Counted from the stretch's first letter, positions 9,210-18,944 are shown. The stretch: DNA of 64,000 bases from Alphaproteobacteria bacterium (GCA_017616015.1 JAFZYY010000019.1:486-64485), one strand, 5' to 3'. Made by a program: numbers and translations. The notes: a model not told the origin generated them from the sequence alone.

Positions 9210-9267
9210 GAATCAGTCGTTCTGCTCTTTTTCCAAACAGAATTTTTCCCTTTCTCTTGTTTGCGCT

Positions 9268-9294
9268 CGACGGGCGGGCGTTCCCGTTTTTTTC
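9268..9294 (+). terminator. rho-independent terminator after lipoprotein gene
   Basis: Hairpin acgggcgggcgttcccgt followed by a T7 run. Confidence 0.5.
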
Positions 9295-9376
9295 AGATTG
9301 TTTCTCTGTCCGCTTGACTTTTCGGCGCATTGCGCTACAAATTTGAAAAAATGTTTTTCAGAAAAGGATTTGTCTT

Positions 9377-10849
9377 ATGGAAGTCAGAAGCAGATTTGCT
9401 CCTTCGCCGACGGGATATATGCACATCGGCAATTTGCGCACCGCTTTGTATGAATATCTGGTCGCCAAAAGCATGGGCGGCAAGTTTATCCTGCGCATCG
9501 AGGACACCGATCAGGAACGCTATGTCGAAGGCGCGGTCGATATCATTTACAAAACAATGGAAATGGTCGGGCTGAAGCACGACGAAGGTCCCGATGTCGG
9601 CGGCGATTACGGCCCTTATGTTCAATCCGAGCGCAAGGCGATTTACAAGGAATACGCCGATAAGCTGGTTGACTTGGGCGGCGCGCATTATTGCTTTTGC
9701 TCGGAAGAGGAATTGGAACGTCAGCGCAAGGAATGTGAGGAAGCGGGTATTCCCTTCAAATTCCGCGACCCCTGCAAGCGCATCAGCGTCGAAGACGCCC
9801 GCAAACGCATTGCCGCAGGCGAAAAATACACCGTCCGCCAGACGATCGATCCGAAAGGCACGGTGTCTTTCGACGACCATGTTTATGGTCATGTCACGGT
9901 GGAAACAAAGACGCTCGACGAAGGCATTCTGCTGAAATCGGACGGATTGCCGACGTACAATTTCGCAAACGTGGTTGACGATCATCTGATGAAGATCACG
10001 CACGTTCTGCGCGGCAACGAATATCTGTCGTCCACGCCGAAATACAATCTGATTTATCAGGCGTTCGGGTGGGACATTCCCGAATACGTCCACCTGCCGC
10101 CGATCATGAAGGACGAGCATAACAAGTTGTCCAAGCGTAACGGCGATGCGTCGTTTCAGGACTTGGTCGCGAAAGGCTATCTGCCCGAAGCGATCGTGAA
10201 CTACATCATTCTTTTGGGCTGGAGCGCCAAGAACGACGAGGAAATCTTCTCGATGGCGGAATTGGAAAAGATTTTCAACATTGACGGCATCAATAAGTCT
10301 CAGGCGATTTTCGACGGCGAAAAGCTGAAATGGATGAACGGCGTTTACGTTCGCAATTTGCCGCCCGAAAAATTCCACGAACTCGCTTTGCCATATTACA
10401 AAGACGCCGTGAAACGCGATGTCGATTTGGTTCTGTTGTCGAAGTGCGTTCAGCCGCGCGTCAACGTTTTGAACGAAATTCCGGAAGCAGTCGATTTCAT
10501 AGACGCTTTGCCGGAATACGACATCGAAATGTACGTCCATAAGAAAATGAAAACGACGCCGGAAATCGCTCTGAAAGCTTTGGAAGAGGCCGAAAAGGTT
10601 GTCGAAGGCATGACGGATTGGTCTTCGGTCGAAGCGGTGCACGAAGCTTTGTTGGCGATGCCTGAAAAGCTCGGGCTGAAGAACGGGCAGTTTTTGTGGC
10701 CGATCCGCACGGCTCTGACGGGCAAGCAATGCACGCCGACAGGTGCTGTCGAAGCGGCGTATCTGCTGGGCAAAGACGAAAGCCTTAAGCGTATTCGCAT
10801 AGGCATTGCAAAACTGACAGACGGAAACGCGGCTCTGTCGCGCGTTTAA
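9377..10849 (+). CDS. gltX: glutamyl-tRNA synthetase
   Basis: HIGH motif (YMHIGNLRTALY), KMSKS-like KLSKRNG, typical GltX length (490 aa). Confidence 0.92.
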   Translation: MEVRSRFAPSPTGYMHIGNLRTALYEYLVAKSMGGKFILRIEDTDQERYVEGAVDIIYKTMEMVGLKHDEGPDVGGDYGPYVQSERKAIYKEYADKLVDLGGAHYCFCSEEELERQRKECEEAGIPFKFRDPCKRISVEDARKRIAAGEKYTVRQTIDPKGTVSFDDHVYGHVTVETKTLDEGILLKSDGLPTYNFANVVDDHLMKITHVLRGNEYLSSTPKYNLIYQAFGWDIPEYVHLPPIMKDEHNKLSKRNGDASFQDLVAKGYLPEAIVNYIILLGWSAKNDEEIFSMAELEKIFNIDGINKSQAIFDGEKLKWMNGVYVRNLPPEKFHELALPYYKDAVKRDVDLVLLSKCVQPRVNVLNEIPEAVDFIDALPEYDIEMYVHKKMKTTPEIALKALEEAEKVVEGMTDWSSVEAVHEALLAMPEKLGLKNGQFLWPIRTALTGKQCTPTGAVEAAYLLGKDESLKRIRIGIAKLTDGNAALSRV

Positions 10850-10881
10850 TCCGGCGATAATGTGCTGTAAACGGAGGGAGT

Positions 10882-11166
10882 ATGGAAATAAACGACTACG
10901 ATTTTCTGTTCAATGATGACGGCGAATTGATGCTGGTATTTGACGGGTTTGACGAAGAACCCGAAAATCCGTGCCTGACCCTGAGGGATTCTCAGGCGAC
11001 GCTGATCCGCTCCGATAAAATGCCGACTTTGCATATCAAAGACGTGCCGAACGATATTTGGGCTACACTGGAAAGCGTTCCGCAGATTCTGGTTTGCGAA
11101 ATGGACGAAGACGGCGAACCCGCGCAAGTCTATGACGCGCCCGTAAAGAAGATTTTTAACGCGTAA
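10882..11166 (+). CDS. small acidic hypothetical protein
   Basis: 94-aa ORF with an SD ggaggg upstream, lying between gltX and dapL. Confidence 0.45.
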   Translation: MEINDYDFLFNDDGELMLVFDGFDEEPENPCLTLRDSQATLIRSDKMPTLHIKDVPNDIWATLESVPQILVCEMDEDGEPAQVYDAPVKKIFNA

Positions 11167-11175
11167 GGAAACCCG

Positions 11176-12375
11176 ATGATTAAGGCTAATCCCTATTATT
11201 CCGATTTGTCTGCCAACTACCTGTTTCAGGAAATCGCCAAGAAAATCAAAGCGTTTAAAGAAAAAACGCCCGACGCCGACGTAATCAGTCTGGGCATCGG
11301 CGACGTGACGCAGCCTATTCCTTCGGCGTGCGTCGAAGCGATGAAGAAAGCGGCGGACGAAATGGCGTCCGCTTCGACGATGCGCGGTTACGGGCCGGAG
11401 CAGGGCTACGAATTTTTGCGTCAGGCAATAGTGGATAACGACTATAAAGCGCGCGGCGTTGACATTGATACCGACGAAGTGTTCGTTTCGGACGGCGCGA
11501 AATGCGATGTCGGCAATATTCAGGAGCTGTTTGCAACCGATATTCTGGTCGCCGTGCCCGATCCCGTTTATCCGGTCTATCGCGACACGAACATTATGGC
11601 GGGACGGAAAATCGAATTTCTGCCCTGCACAAAGGAAACGGGATTTTCTCCGGCTTTTCCGAAAGGTCATGCGGAGCTGATTTATTTGTGCTCTCCGAAC
11701 AATCCGACGGGAGCGGTTTTAACGAAAAAAGATTTGGCGGCGTGGGTGAAATACGCGAAAGAAAACGGCGCGGTCATCGTGTTCGATTCCGCCTATAAGG
11801 AATATATTTCTACGCCCGGCATTCCGCACAGCATTTACGAAATCAAAGGGGCGAAAGATGTTGCGATCGAGCTTCGTTCTTTCTCCAAAACGGCGGGCTT
11901 TACGGGCGTGCGCTGCGCTTATATGGTTGTGCCGAAAGCGCTGAAAGCGATCGGCGGCAAGGGTGAAGAGGTATCCTTGAATGCGATGTGGAGCCGTCGC
12001 CATTGCACGAAATTCAACGGCGTCGCGTATGTCGTTCAGCGGGCGGCTGAAGCGGTCTTTTCGCCCGAAGGCAAAGAGCAGGTGCGCGCCATGGTCGGCT
12101 ATTACATGGAAAACGCGCGGTTGATCCGCGAAACGCTGGCGGCCAAAGGATTTATCGTGTACGGCGGTGTCGATGCCCCGTATATCTGGCTTGCGACGCC
12201 AAAGGGCATGACGTCCGTCGATTTGTTTGAAAAGCTCTTAAACGAAGCGCAGCTGGTCTGCACGCCGGGATCGGGTTTCGGTCAATGCGGCGAAGGCTTT
12301 GTGCGTCTGACGTCGTTCGGATCGCGCGAAAACACGTTGAAGGCTCTGGACAGGATAGGAAAACTCGCTTTATGA
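11176..12375 (+). CDS. dapL: LL-diaminopimelate aminotransferase
   Basis: Strong similarity by recall to chlamydial/plant DapL (MIKANPYYSDLSANYLFQEIAKK..., ISLGIGDVTQPIP, CSPNNPTGAVL, SFSKTAGFTGVR with the PLP lysine). Confidence 0.85.
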   Translation: MIKANPYYSDLSANYLFQEIAKKIKAFKEKTPDADVISLGIGDVTQPIPSACVEAMKKAADEMASASTMRGYGPEQGYEFLRQAIVDNDYKARGVDIDTDEVFVSDGAKCDVGNIQELFATDILVAVPDPVYPVYRDTNIMAGRKIEFLPCTKETGFSPAFPKGHAELIYLCSPNNPTGAVLTKKDLAAWVKYAKENGAVIVFDSAYKEYISTPGIPHSIYEIKGAKDVAIELRSFSKTAGFTGVRCAYMVVPKALKAIGGKGEEVSLNAMWSRRHCTKFNGVAYVVQRAAEAVFSPEGKEQVRAMVGYYMENARLIRETLAAKGFIVYGGVDAPYIWLATPKGMTSVDLFEKLLNEAQLVCTPGSGFGQCGEGFVRLTSFGSRENTLKALDRIGKLAL

Positions 12376-13190
12376 CGCAAATCCCCTTTATCAAAATGGA
12401 CGGGCTGGGCAACGATTTCGTGATTATCGATAATCGGGCGGGAGGCATTCGCCCGACGACGGAGCAAATCGTCGCAATCGGCAACCGGAAAACGGGCGTC
12501 GGGTTCGACCAGATGATTGTTTTGGAGAAATCGGACAAAGCCGCGGTGAAAATCCTGTTTTTCAATGCGGACGGGTCGACTGCGGGCGCGTGCGGCAACG
12601 GGTCGCGTTGCGCGGGAAAGCTGTTGATGGACGAAGCCGGAAGAAACGCTGTTGAGATGGAATCTCCGGACGGACGGATCCTGAAAGCGTTTCGTGAAAC
12701 GGCGGACGGACTTGTCACGGTCAATATGGGACTGCCGCGCTTAAAATGGTCGGAAATTCCGTTGGTAAAAGAAACGGACACTTTATCCGTTTCCGTGTTG
12801 CCGGAATTGCCGGACGCCTGCTGCGTGTCGATGGGAAATCCGCATGCCGTTTTCTTTGTGAAAGACGTTGAGCGGTTCGACGTGGCAAAATTCGGTTCGA
12901 TCATCGAAACGCACGCTCTGTTCCCGCAAAGAACGAATGTCGAATTTGCCGAAGTGCTTGCGCCGGATTTGATCCGCATGCGCGTCTGGGAACGCGGCGC
13001 GGGGATTACGGAAGCTTGCGGCACGGGAGCTTGCGCGACTTTGACGGCGGCAGTCAGAAGAGGCTTGTCGGCTTCAAAGGCCGAAATCCGCATGGACGGC
13101 GGTTCTTTGTGGATTGAATGGAAAGACAAAACCGATATTTTGATGACGGGTAAAACGCATTGCGCTTTTACGGGCGTTTATAACGCGTAG
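12372..13190 (+). CDS. dapF: diaminopimelate epimerase
   Basis: Begins MTQIPFIKMDGLGNDFVIIDNR (DapF signature) with catalytic cysteines (GNPHAVFFV; ACGTGACA). The start overlaps the dapL stop (ATGA). Confidence 0.85.
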   Translation: MTQIPFIKMDGLGNDFVIIDNRAGGIRPTTEQIVAIGNRKTGVGFDQMIVLEKSDKAAVKILFFNADGSTAGACGNGSRCAGKLLMDEAGRNAVEMESPDGRILKAFRETADGLVTVNMGLPRLKWSEIPLVKETDTLSVSVLPELPDACCVSMGNPHAVFFVKDVERFDVAKFGSIIETHALFPQRTNVEFAEVLAPDLIRMRVWERGAGITEACGTGACATLTAAVRRGLSASKAEIRMDGGSLWIEWKDKTDILMTGKTHCAFTGVYNA

Positions 13191-13198
13191 GGGGAAAA

Positions 13199-15346
13199 AT
13201 GGGCAGTAAATACATTATCGACTATGCCGAAAAGCTGAAAAACGGCGAACTGAAAGAAATTGTCGGACGCAAGAAAGAAATCCGGCGTGTGATGCACATT
13301 TTGTTGCGTGATATGAAAAGCAACCCGATGTTGCTGGGGCAGACGGGGTTGGGCAAGACCTCTATTGTTATCGGTGTGGCGGCGGCTTTGGCGGCGGGGG
13401 ATTGTCCTCCGAAGCTCAAAGGCAGAACCGTTGTCGGCGTTGATATTGCGACGATGATGATCGATTGCAAAACGCAGGCGGAATATGAAGATCAGCTCAA
13501 AGAGGCTTTTCAGGAATTACAGGCGGCTAAAGGGCAGAAAGTGTTGTTCATCAACGATCTGGGCTTTTTGGCGATGACGCCGAACGGCAATCATGAAATC
13601 CCGAAATTCCTCAAACCGAAAGTGTTGGACGGCGGGATTCAGTGCATTGTTGAAGCTGAACTGAACGCTTACAAGATGTATATCGAAACCGATCCCGATT
13701 TGATGAGCTGTCTGCAAACGATGTATATTGAAGAGCCGACACCTGCCGAAACGACGGATATTCTGCGCGGGGTCAAGCCGCGTTACGAAGAAAAGTACGG
13801 CATTGTCATTCCCGATGAGATTCTGCAAAAAGCCGTTGCCATGTCGGCGCGCTATGTCAAGTCCCGCCTGTTTCCTGAAAAGGCTCTGGATCTGCTGGAC
13901 GAAGCGGCGACCGGTCTGATGATGGCTTTGGACGAAGGATCGACGACGGACAACGTTTTAACCGAGCAGCATATCGCAAACATCGTTTCGTTCTGGACGG
14001 GTATTCCGATGGATAAAGTCGGATCCGAAGACAAACAGAAACTGATTGATTTGGAAAACTTCATCGGGCGGCGCGTGATTGGTCAGCCGGAAGCTATTTC
14101 CGTTATTTCCGGCGCGGTTCGGCGTATGAAATCGGGCTTGCAGGATCCGAACAGACCGCTCGGCACATTCCTGTTCATCGGTACTACCGGCGTCGGTAAA
14201 ACGGAATTGGCCAAGGCGCTGTCCGAATTCATGTTCGACGATGAAACGGCTCTGCTCCGTCTGGATATGTCCGAATATATGGAAAAGATTTCCGTTCAGC
14301 GTTTGTTGGGACCTCCTCCGGGAACGCCGGGATTTGAAAACGGCGGTGTGCTGACCGAAGCCGTGCGTCTGCGTCCCTATCAGGTGGTGCTGTTCGACGA
14401 ATTGGAAAAAGCGCACAGCGAAATCTTAAACCTGATGTTGCAGTTGCTGGACGAAGGGCGTCTGACGGACGGAAAGGGTGTGACGGTCGACTTCAGAAAC
14501 ACGATCGTGATCATGACGTCAAACCTCGGGGCGAACTTGCCGCGTTATCAGCGTATGGAATTTTTGCGCAAAAACCTGCGTCCCGAATTCCTTGCCCGTA
14601 TTGACGACATCATTCCGTTCCACGGATTGGCGGAAGAAAACCTGCTGGCAATCGTGGATATTCACCTGAACAAGTTTGTCAAACGCGCCAAAGCGGTCGG
14701 CTTGAAAGCCGAATTGACTCTGGAAGCGCGCAAGTGGTTTGCGGACGAAGTCTTTATCGCCAAGAACGGCGTGCGCGAAATCAAGCGCCTGATTCAGCAT
14801 CACATCGAAAACCCGCTTTCCGTTTTGATGATGTACGACAAAGTGACGAGTGAAGATCTTATCAAAATCATTCGTCCGAAAGACAAAAAGGGCGTTGAAA
14901 TCGTCGTTTTGAAACCGGAAGAACAAGATAAAGTGTTGGAGGAAGCCGTCACTATTGAAAAGAAGATGGACGACGGTGTGGACGATCGTCCGCCGCCTCC
15001 GCCGACGTTCAAGCTGAACGAAACAGGCGACGAAAACGCCGATCTGCCGGCGTGGAAACGCGCTCAGCTGGAAGCGGCCAGACAACAGGGCGGAAACGAA
15101 CAGCAAGCGCCCGCCGCGCCGCATAAAGTGGTTAAAGTGCCGGTGATGAAAGGCTTTAAATCGACTTTGGGCAAAGGATTGGGTATGCCTAAAATGCCTT
15201 CTGCCGCAATGGCGCACAGTGTTCCGGAACCTCAGCCGGTTCTTAATGATCCGCCGCCGGCTCCCGCTGTTCCCGAAATGGCTCCTGATTTGGATATGCC
15301 GCCGGTTCCCGATATGGTGCCGCCGATTCCTTCCGGAGAAAACTGA
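13199..15346 (+). CDS. atypical ClpA/ClpB-like AAA+ ATPase (no N-domain, degenerate D1 Walker B, Pro-rich C-terminal tail)
   Basis: D1 Walker A GQTGLGKTS but Walker B VLFINDLG (ND instead of DE). D2 has intact GTTGVGKTELAKAL and VVLFDELEKAH plus GRLTDGKG. No IGF/IGL ClpP loop was seen. The last about 130 aa are proline-rich (PPPPPTFK...PPPAPAVPEM...). Confidence 0.75.
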   Translation: MGSKYIIDYAEKLKNGELKEIVGRKKEIRRVMHILLRDMKSNPMLLGQTGLGKTSIVIGVAAALAAGDCPPKLKGRTVVGVDIATMMIDCKTQAEYEDQLKEAFQELQAAKGQKVLFINDLGFLAMTPNGNHEIPKFLKPKVLDGGIQCIVEAELNAYKMYIETDPDLMSCLQTMYIEEPTPAETTDILRGVKPRYEEKYGIVIPDEILQKAVAMSARYVKSRLFPEKALDLLDEAATGLMMALDEGSTTDNVLTEQHIANIVSFWTGIPMDKVGSEDKQKLIDLENFIGRRVIGQPEAISVISGAVRRMKSGLQDPNRPLGTFLFIGTTGVGKTELAKALSEFMFDDETALLRLDMSEYMEKISVQRLLGPPPGTPGFENGGVLTEAVRLRPYQVVLFDELEKAHSEILNLMLQLLDEGRLTDGKGVTVDFRNTIVIMTSNLGANLPRYQRMEFLRKNLRPEFLARIDDIIPFHGLAEENLLAIVDIHLNKFVKRAKAVGLKAELTLEARKWFADEVFIAKNGVREIKRLIQHHIENPLSVLMMYDKVTSEDLIKIIRPKDKKGVEIVVLKPEEQDKVLEEAVTIEKKMDDGVDDRPPPPPTFKLNETGDENADLPAWKRAQLEAARQQGGNEQQAPAAPHKVVKVPVMKGFKSTLGKGLGMPKMPSAAMAHSVPEPQPVLNDPPPAPAVPEMAPDLDMPPVPDMVPPIPSGEN

Positions 15347-15380
15347 AAAAAACCCGTCATTGATATGGCGGGTTTTTTCT
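15347..15380. terminator. bidirectional rho-independent terminator between the clp-like gene and atpG
   Basis: aaacccgtcat-tgat-atggcgggttttttc hairpin with T-run, placed between convergent genes. Confidence 0.6.
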
Positions 15381-15391
15381 TATCAGGCAAT

Positions 15392-16285
15392 TTATTTCTT
15401 TTTCTGCATTCGCAACGCTTCGGCGCCGGAAACAACGTCCAATAATTCCGTTGTGATGTTTTCCTGACGCATTTGCTGATATTCCAGATTCATCGCTTCC
15501 AGATTTTCATCGATATTCTTTTCCGCCGCTTGCATTGTCGTTAAGCGCATATGGTGTTCCGCCGACAAAGCGTCCGTAATCGCCGTAGACAATTCGATCA
15601 GCAACCTTTCCCGCATCAAAGCGGAAAAAATCTGTTCCGGCGGCAGAGTATACGTCGGAAAATTATGTCCCGGCCACCCGATGTTTTTCAATCGTTCCAG
15701 CCATTCCGTTCCTAACGGCATCAGTAAGGAGGAGGTCGGTACAACGCCGGTTCCCTGCTTTTGGCTGTAAAAAATATAAACGTGTGTCGTTCTTTCCGTC
15801 TGGATATGCTCCTGCGCCGTTATCAGAACGGAAGCCGCCGTTTTGCTGACCGCTTTAACCGAATTGGAAACAGGGTAGCTTTCAACCAGGTTGCGTTCAT
15901 CGCGCATCAACTGGGCGATGATTTGCCGGCCGATGGCAATAAAAGCCGTTTGTTCGATTTTAAATCCTTTTTCCGTCAGGAATTTTTCGGCAAAGCGCAC
16001 GACTTCGCGATTCATTTTGCCAACCAGTCCGGTATCCGATCCGATAACAACCGCTAAAGCGCGTTTTGCTTCCGGTTTGACGGGCGTTTCTTTCGGCAGT
16101 TTCAAATCGCCGTTTTTCATCAACGCAACAGCGCCTAAATTTATCGTCCGGCCGTATTCCACCAAAGACTTTAGCGCCGCGTCGTATTGAATAATGCTGA
16201 CGGCAGACAGCGATTTCATCGTTGACACGATTGACCGCAAATCCTGCGTTGTTTTGATGCGCTTTTGAAGCCCTTCAATATCCAT
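15392..16285 (-). CDS. atpG: N-type ATPase gamma subunit
   Basis: Gamma-like N-terminus (IKTTQDLRSIVSTMKSLSAVS) and its position as the last gene of the operon. Confidence 0.8.
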   Translation of the reverse strand: MDIEGLQKRIKTTQDLRSIVSTMKSLSAVSIIQYDAALKSLVEYGRTINLGAVALMKNGDLKLPKETPVKPEAKRALAVVIGSDTGLVGKMNREVVRFAEKFLTEKGFKIEQTAFIAIGRQIIAQLMRDERNLVESYPVSNSVKAVSKTAASVLITAQEHIQTERTTHVYIFYSQKQGTGVVPTSSLLMPLGTEWLERLKNIGWPGHNFPTYTLPPEQIFSALMRERLLIELSTAITDALSAEHHMRLTTMQAAEKNIDENLEAMNLEYQQMRQENITTELLDVVSGAEALRMQKKK

Positions 16286-16291
16286 GCCGCA

Positions 16292-17821
16292 CTAAACCTG
16301 TTTGACGGTTAAAACCCGTTCGTTGATCAAAGCTTCCCTGATATCGGCCGCTAACTGTTTTTTATTTTCAGCGGACAGTTTTTCGCGGCGCAGAATAATA
16401 TCCGTTATTTCGCGATGCTTCGTTTTCATCAGATTGGAAATGATAGCGTACGCTTTATCCCGTAATTTGTCGGATACGTTGTCCAGCAATCCTTCCGTCG
16501 TCGCAAACAGCACGGCAATCTGATCGACAACCGGCACCGGAGCGAATTGCTTTTGCTGCATTACGGCGCGAATGGCGCGGCCGCGTTTCAGCTGTCTTTC
16601 CGTATCGGCGTCCAGATGCGAACGGAACTTCGCGAAACTCTCCAGTTCTTCAAACTGAGAGAACGCCAGCTTTAACGGTCCGACCAGAGAACTGTATGCG
16701 GGCAGTTGCGCGTCGCCGCCCACGCGGGAAACGGAACGTCCCGTGTCAATCGCGGGCAGAATGCCTTTCTGATACATCGGCGAAGACAGATAGATCTGTC
16801 CGTCCGTAATGGAAATGATGTTCGTCGGAATATAGGCTGAAATGTTCTGCGCTTCCGTTTCGACGATCGGCAGAGCTGTTAAGGAACCGCCGCCGAATTC
16901 GGGACGCAGGCGCGTCGAACGCTCCAATAAGCGCGAATGAATATAGAAAATATCGCCGGGGAAAGCTTCGCGTCCGGGAGGACGGCGCAACAGCAAAGAC
17001 AGTTCGCGGTAAGCGCGGGCGTGATTGGTTAAATCGTCGTAAATCACCAGAACGTCCTTGCCCTTTTCCATAAAGTATTCGCCGATCGCTGTCGCCGCAT
17101 ACGGAGCGATATATTGCATGCCGGCCGTTTCATCACCTGAAGCGGCGACGACAATCGTGTTTTTCAACACATCATATTTTTTCAAATTGTCGACTACACG
17201 GGCGATTGCCGTTCCGCGTTGGGCGATTGCGCAGTAAATACAGATAACGCCCGTATCTTTCTGATTAATGATCGTATCGATGGCCAAAGCGGTTTTTCCG
17301 GTCTGACGGTCGCCTAAAATCAGTTCGCGCTGTCCGCGTCCGATCGGCGTAAAAGAGTCTATCGCTTTAATCCCTGTCTGCAAAGGTTCGGACACAGGGG
17401 AACGGGACATAATCGGGTAGGCTTCGCGTTCGACTTTGCGACGATGGACGGTCACAATCGGTCCCTGTCCGTCCAAAGGATTGCCCAGCGGATCAATCAC
17501 GCGTCCGAGCAACCGTTCCCCGACGGGAACGTCCACAACCCGGCCGGTGCGGTAAACGCGGTCTCCCGCTTTGATTTTTTCGGGTTGGTTCAGGAAAACG
17601 ACGCCGACGGAATCGGGAGCCAATGTGAACGTCATTCCCATAACGCTGTTCGGGAACATCAGCAATTCTTCCATCTGGACATTATCCAATCTGGATACTT
17701 CAGCTGTGCCGCCGGATACGGAAGAAACCGTGCTGATTTCTTCCACGCTTAATTTGTCCGATTGCAAATCAAGCGTATTCTGAACAACGTTAAAGACATC
17801 TTTTACTGTTTCTACCAGCAT
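16292..17821 (-). CDS. atpA: N-type ATPase alpha subunit
   Basis: Walker A GDRQTGKTALAIDTI, 509 aa. Confidence 0.9.
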   Translation of the reverse strand: MLVETVKDVFNVVQNTLDLQSDKLSVEEISTVSSVSGGTAEVSRLDNVQMEELLMFPNSVMGMTFTLAPDSVGVVFLNQPEKIKAGDRVYRTGRVVDVPVGERLLGRVIDPLGNPLDGQGPIVTVHRRKVEREAYPIMSRSPVSEPLQTGIKAIDSFTPIGRGQRELILGDRQTGKTALAIDTIINQKDTGVICIYCAIAQRGTAIARVVDNLKKYDVLKNTIVVAASGDETAGMQYIAPYAATAIGEYFMEKGKDVLVIYDDLTNHARAYRELSLLLRRPPGREAFPGDIFYIHSRLLERSTRLRPEFGGGSLTALPIVETEAQNISAYIPTNIISITDGQIYLSSPMYQKGILPAIDTGRSVSRVGGDAQLPAYSSLVGPLKLAFSQFEELESFAKFRSHLDADTERQLKRGRAIRAVMQQKQFAPVPVVDQIAVLFATTEGLLDNVSDKLRDKAYAIISNLMKTKHREITDIILRREKLSAENKKQLAADIREALINERVLTVKQV

Positions 17822-17838
17822 ACTCTACCTGCTTTTTG

Positions 17839-18621
17839 TTATCCTTCCTCACGCCCCATGCGCAAAGAAATGTTTTCCAAAACATCATTCATCTTTGTCG
17901 TAAAGGTATTCAGATAATCGTCCAAATTCCATGAAACGACATTTCCGTCGACGGAAACTTCAATACCGCAAAGCAATCTGGGGTTGACGACAAAATCGAC
18001 CTGCGGATTTTCCATTTCCAAAACATCGATCAGCACTTGCTTTAATTTAGTCTGAATTTCCGGCGTCAGTTCTTCGGAAGCGGAAATCTGGACGGAAGCT
18101 TCCTGCGCATCGGACACCAACAATTTTTTATCTTTGCGCGGCAATTCTTCCAACTTGCGTTTAAAGACACGGATCATGCTTTCTTCCAGCTTTTGATCTG
18201 CCATATTTTTAAAGGCTTTGCGGGCAAATTCCAAAAAATTCTCGACGACGGCCTGACGGAATTCGTTCGTCAATAACGTTTTTTCACGATCCAATTCCTG
18301 TTGCCAGATCAGTTTCTTTTCCAGAATTTCGGCCTGCGCCTCATGTTCTAATTGTTTGCGCAGTTTATCGGCGTCTTCTCTGGCTTCGTTCAGAATATGC
18401 GTGCGTTCGTTATCGATGTCCAAATAACGCTTGTTCAGATCTTCCAGTTTCTTTTCGGCATCAGCCGCCAGATTTTCGGCGTTCTGAATTTCGTCGGCGA
18501 TATGCTTTTCACGTTTATCAATCGCGACCAGCAAAGGCTTGTATAAAAACTTATACAACACGAAAATCAAAATCGTGAAATTGACGATTTGCGCCAATAC
18601 GGTGGTAAAATCTACGGACAT
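17839..18621 (-). CDS. atpF: N-type ATPase b subunit with delta-like C-terminal region (b/delta fusion)
   Basis: 260 aa. Has an N-terminal TM helix and a long charged coiled coil. The C-terminus (LLCGIEVSVDGNVVSWNLDDYL) resembles a delta/OSCP C-terminus. No separate delta gene is present in the operon. Confidence 0.7.
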   Translation of the reverse strand: MSVDFTTVLAQIVNFTILIFVLYKFLYKPLLVAIDKREKHIADEIQNAENLAADAEKKLEDLNKRYLDIDNERTHILNEAREDADKLRKQLEHEAQAEILEKKLIWQQELDREKTLLTNEFRQAVVENFLEFARKAFKNMADQKLEESMIRVFKRKLEELPRKDKKLLVSDAQEASVQISASEELTPEIQTKLKQVLIDVLEMENPQVDFVVNPRLLCGIEVSVDGNVVSWNLDDYLNTFTTKMNDVLENISLRMGREEG

Positions 18622-18665
18622 ATTTCAAATCCTCAATTCTAAAGGTTAAAAGCGGAAACTTCCTT

Positions 18666-18944
18666 TTATTTTGCGGCCGCGCTGATTGCATACTGCCAGA
18701 ACGGATTGGCAAACAATAAAATCATCGCGACAACGAAGCAGTAAATCGCGGACGTTTCGACAATCGCCAAAGAAATGAACATTGTTCTGGAAATCGAACC
18801 GGCTTCGTCCGGCTGCTGAGCCAAAGACGTTAAACCGGACGATACGGCATATCCTTCTGCCCAACCGACTGCGGCGGCGCCGCCTGCCAAAGTCAATCCC
18901 GCGGTAAGAATTGAAACAGCTCCTAAAATTGCAACTAAATCCAT
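18666..18944 (-). CDS. atpE: N-type ATPase c subunit with Na+-binding signature
   Basis: 92-aa two-helix proteolipid. Helix 2 carries ETSAIY (the E-S/T ligand set). Helix 1 carries AEGYA, with Glu where F-type c subunits have Gln. Confidence 0.85.
   Translation of the reverse strand: MDLVAILGAVSILTAGLTLAGGAAAVGWAEGYAVSSGLTSLAQQPDEAGSISRTMFISLAIVETSAIYCFVVAMILLFANPFWQYAISAAAK

Noticed and set aside
9335-10729. 464-aa minus-strand ORF antisense to gltX
   Set aside because: No motifs and Arg/Phe-rich. gltX on the plus strand has clear HIGH/KMSKS motifs.
12152-13129. 325-aa minus-strand ORF antisense to dapL/dapF
   Set aside because: Shadow ORF. The plus-strand genes have strong family signatures.
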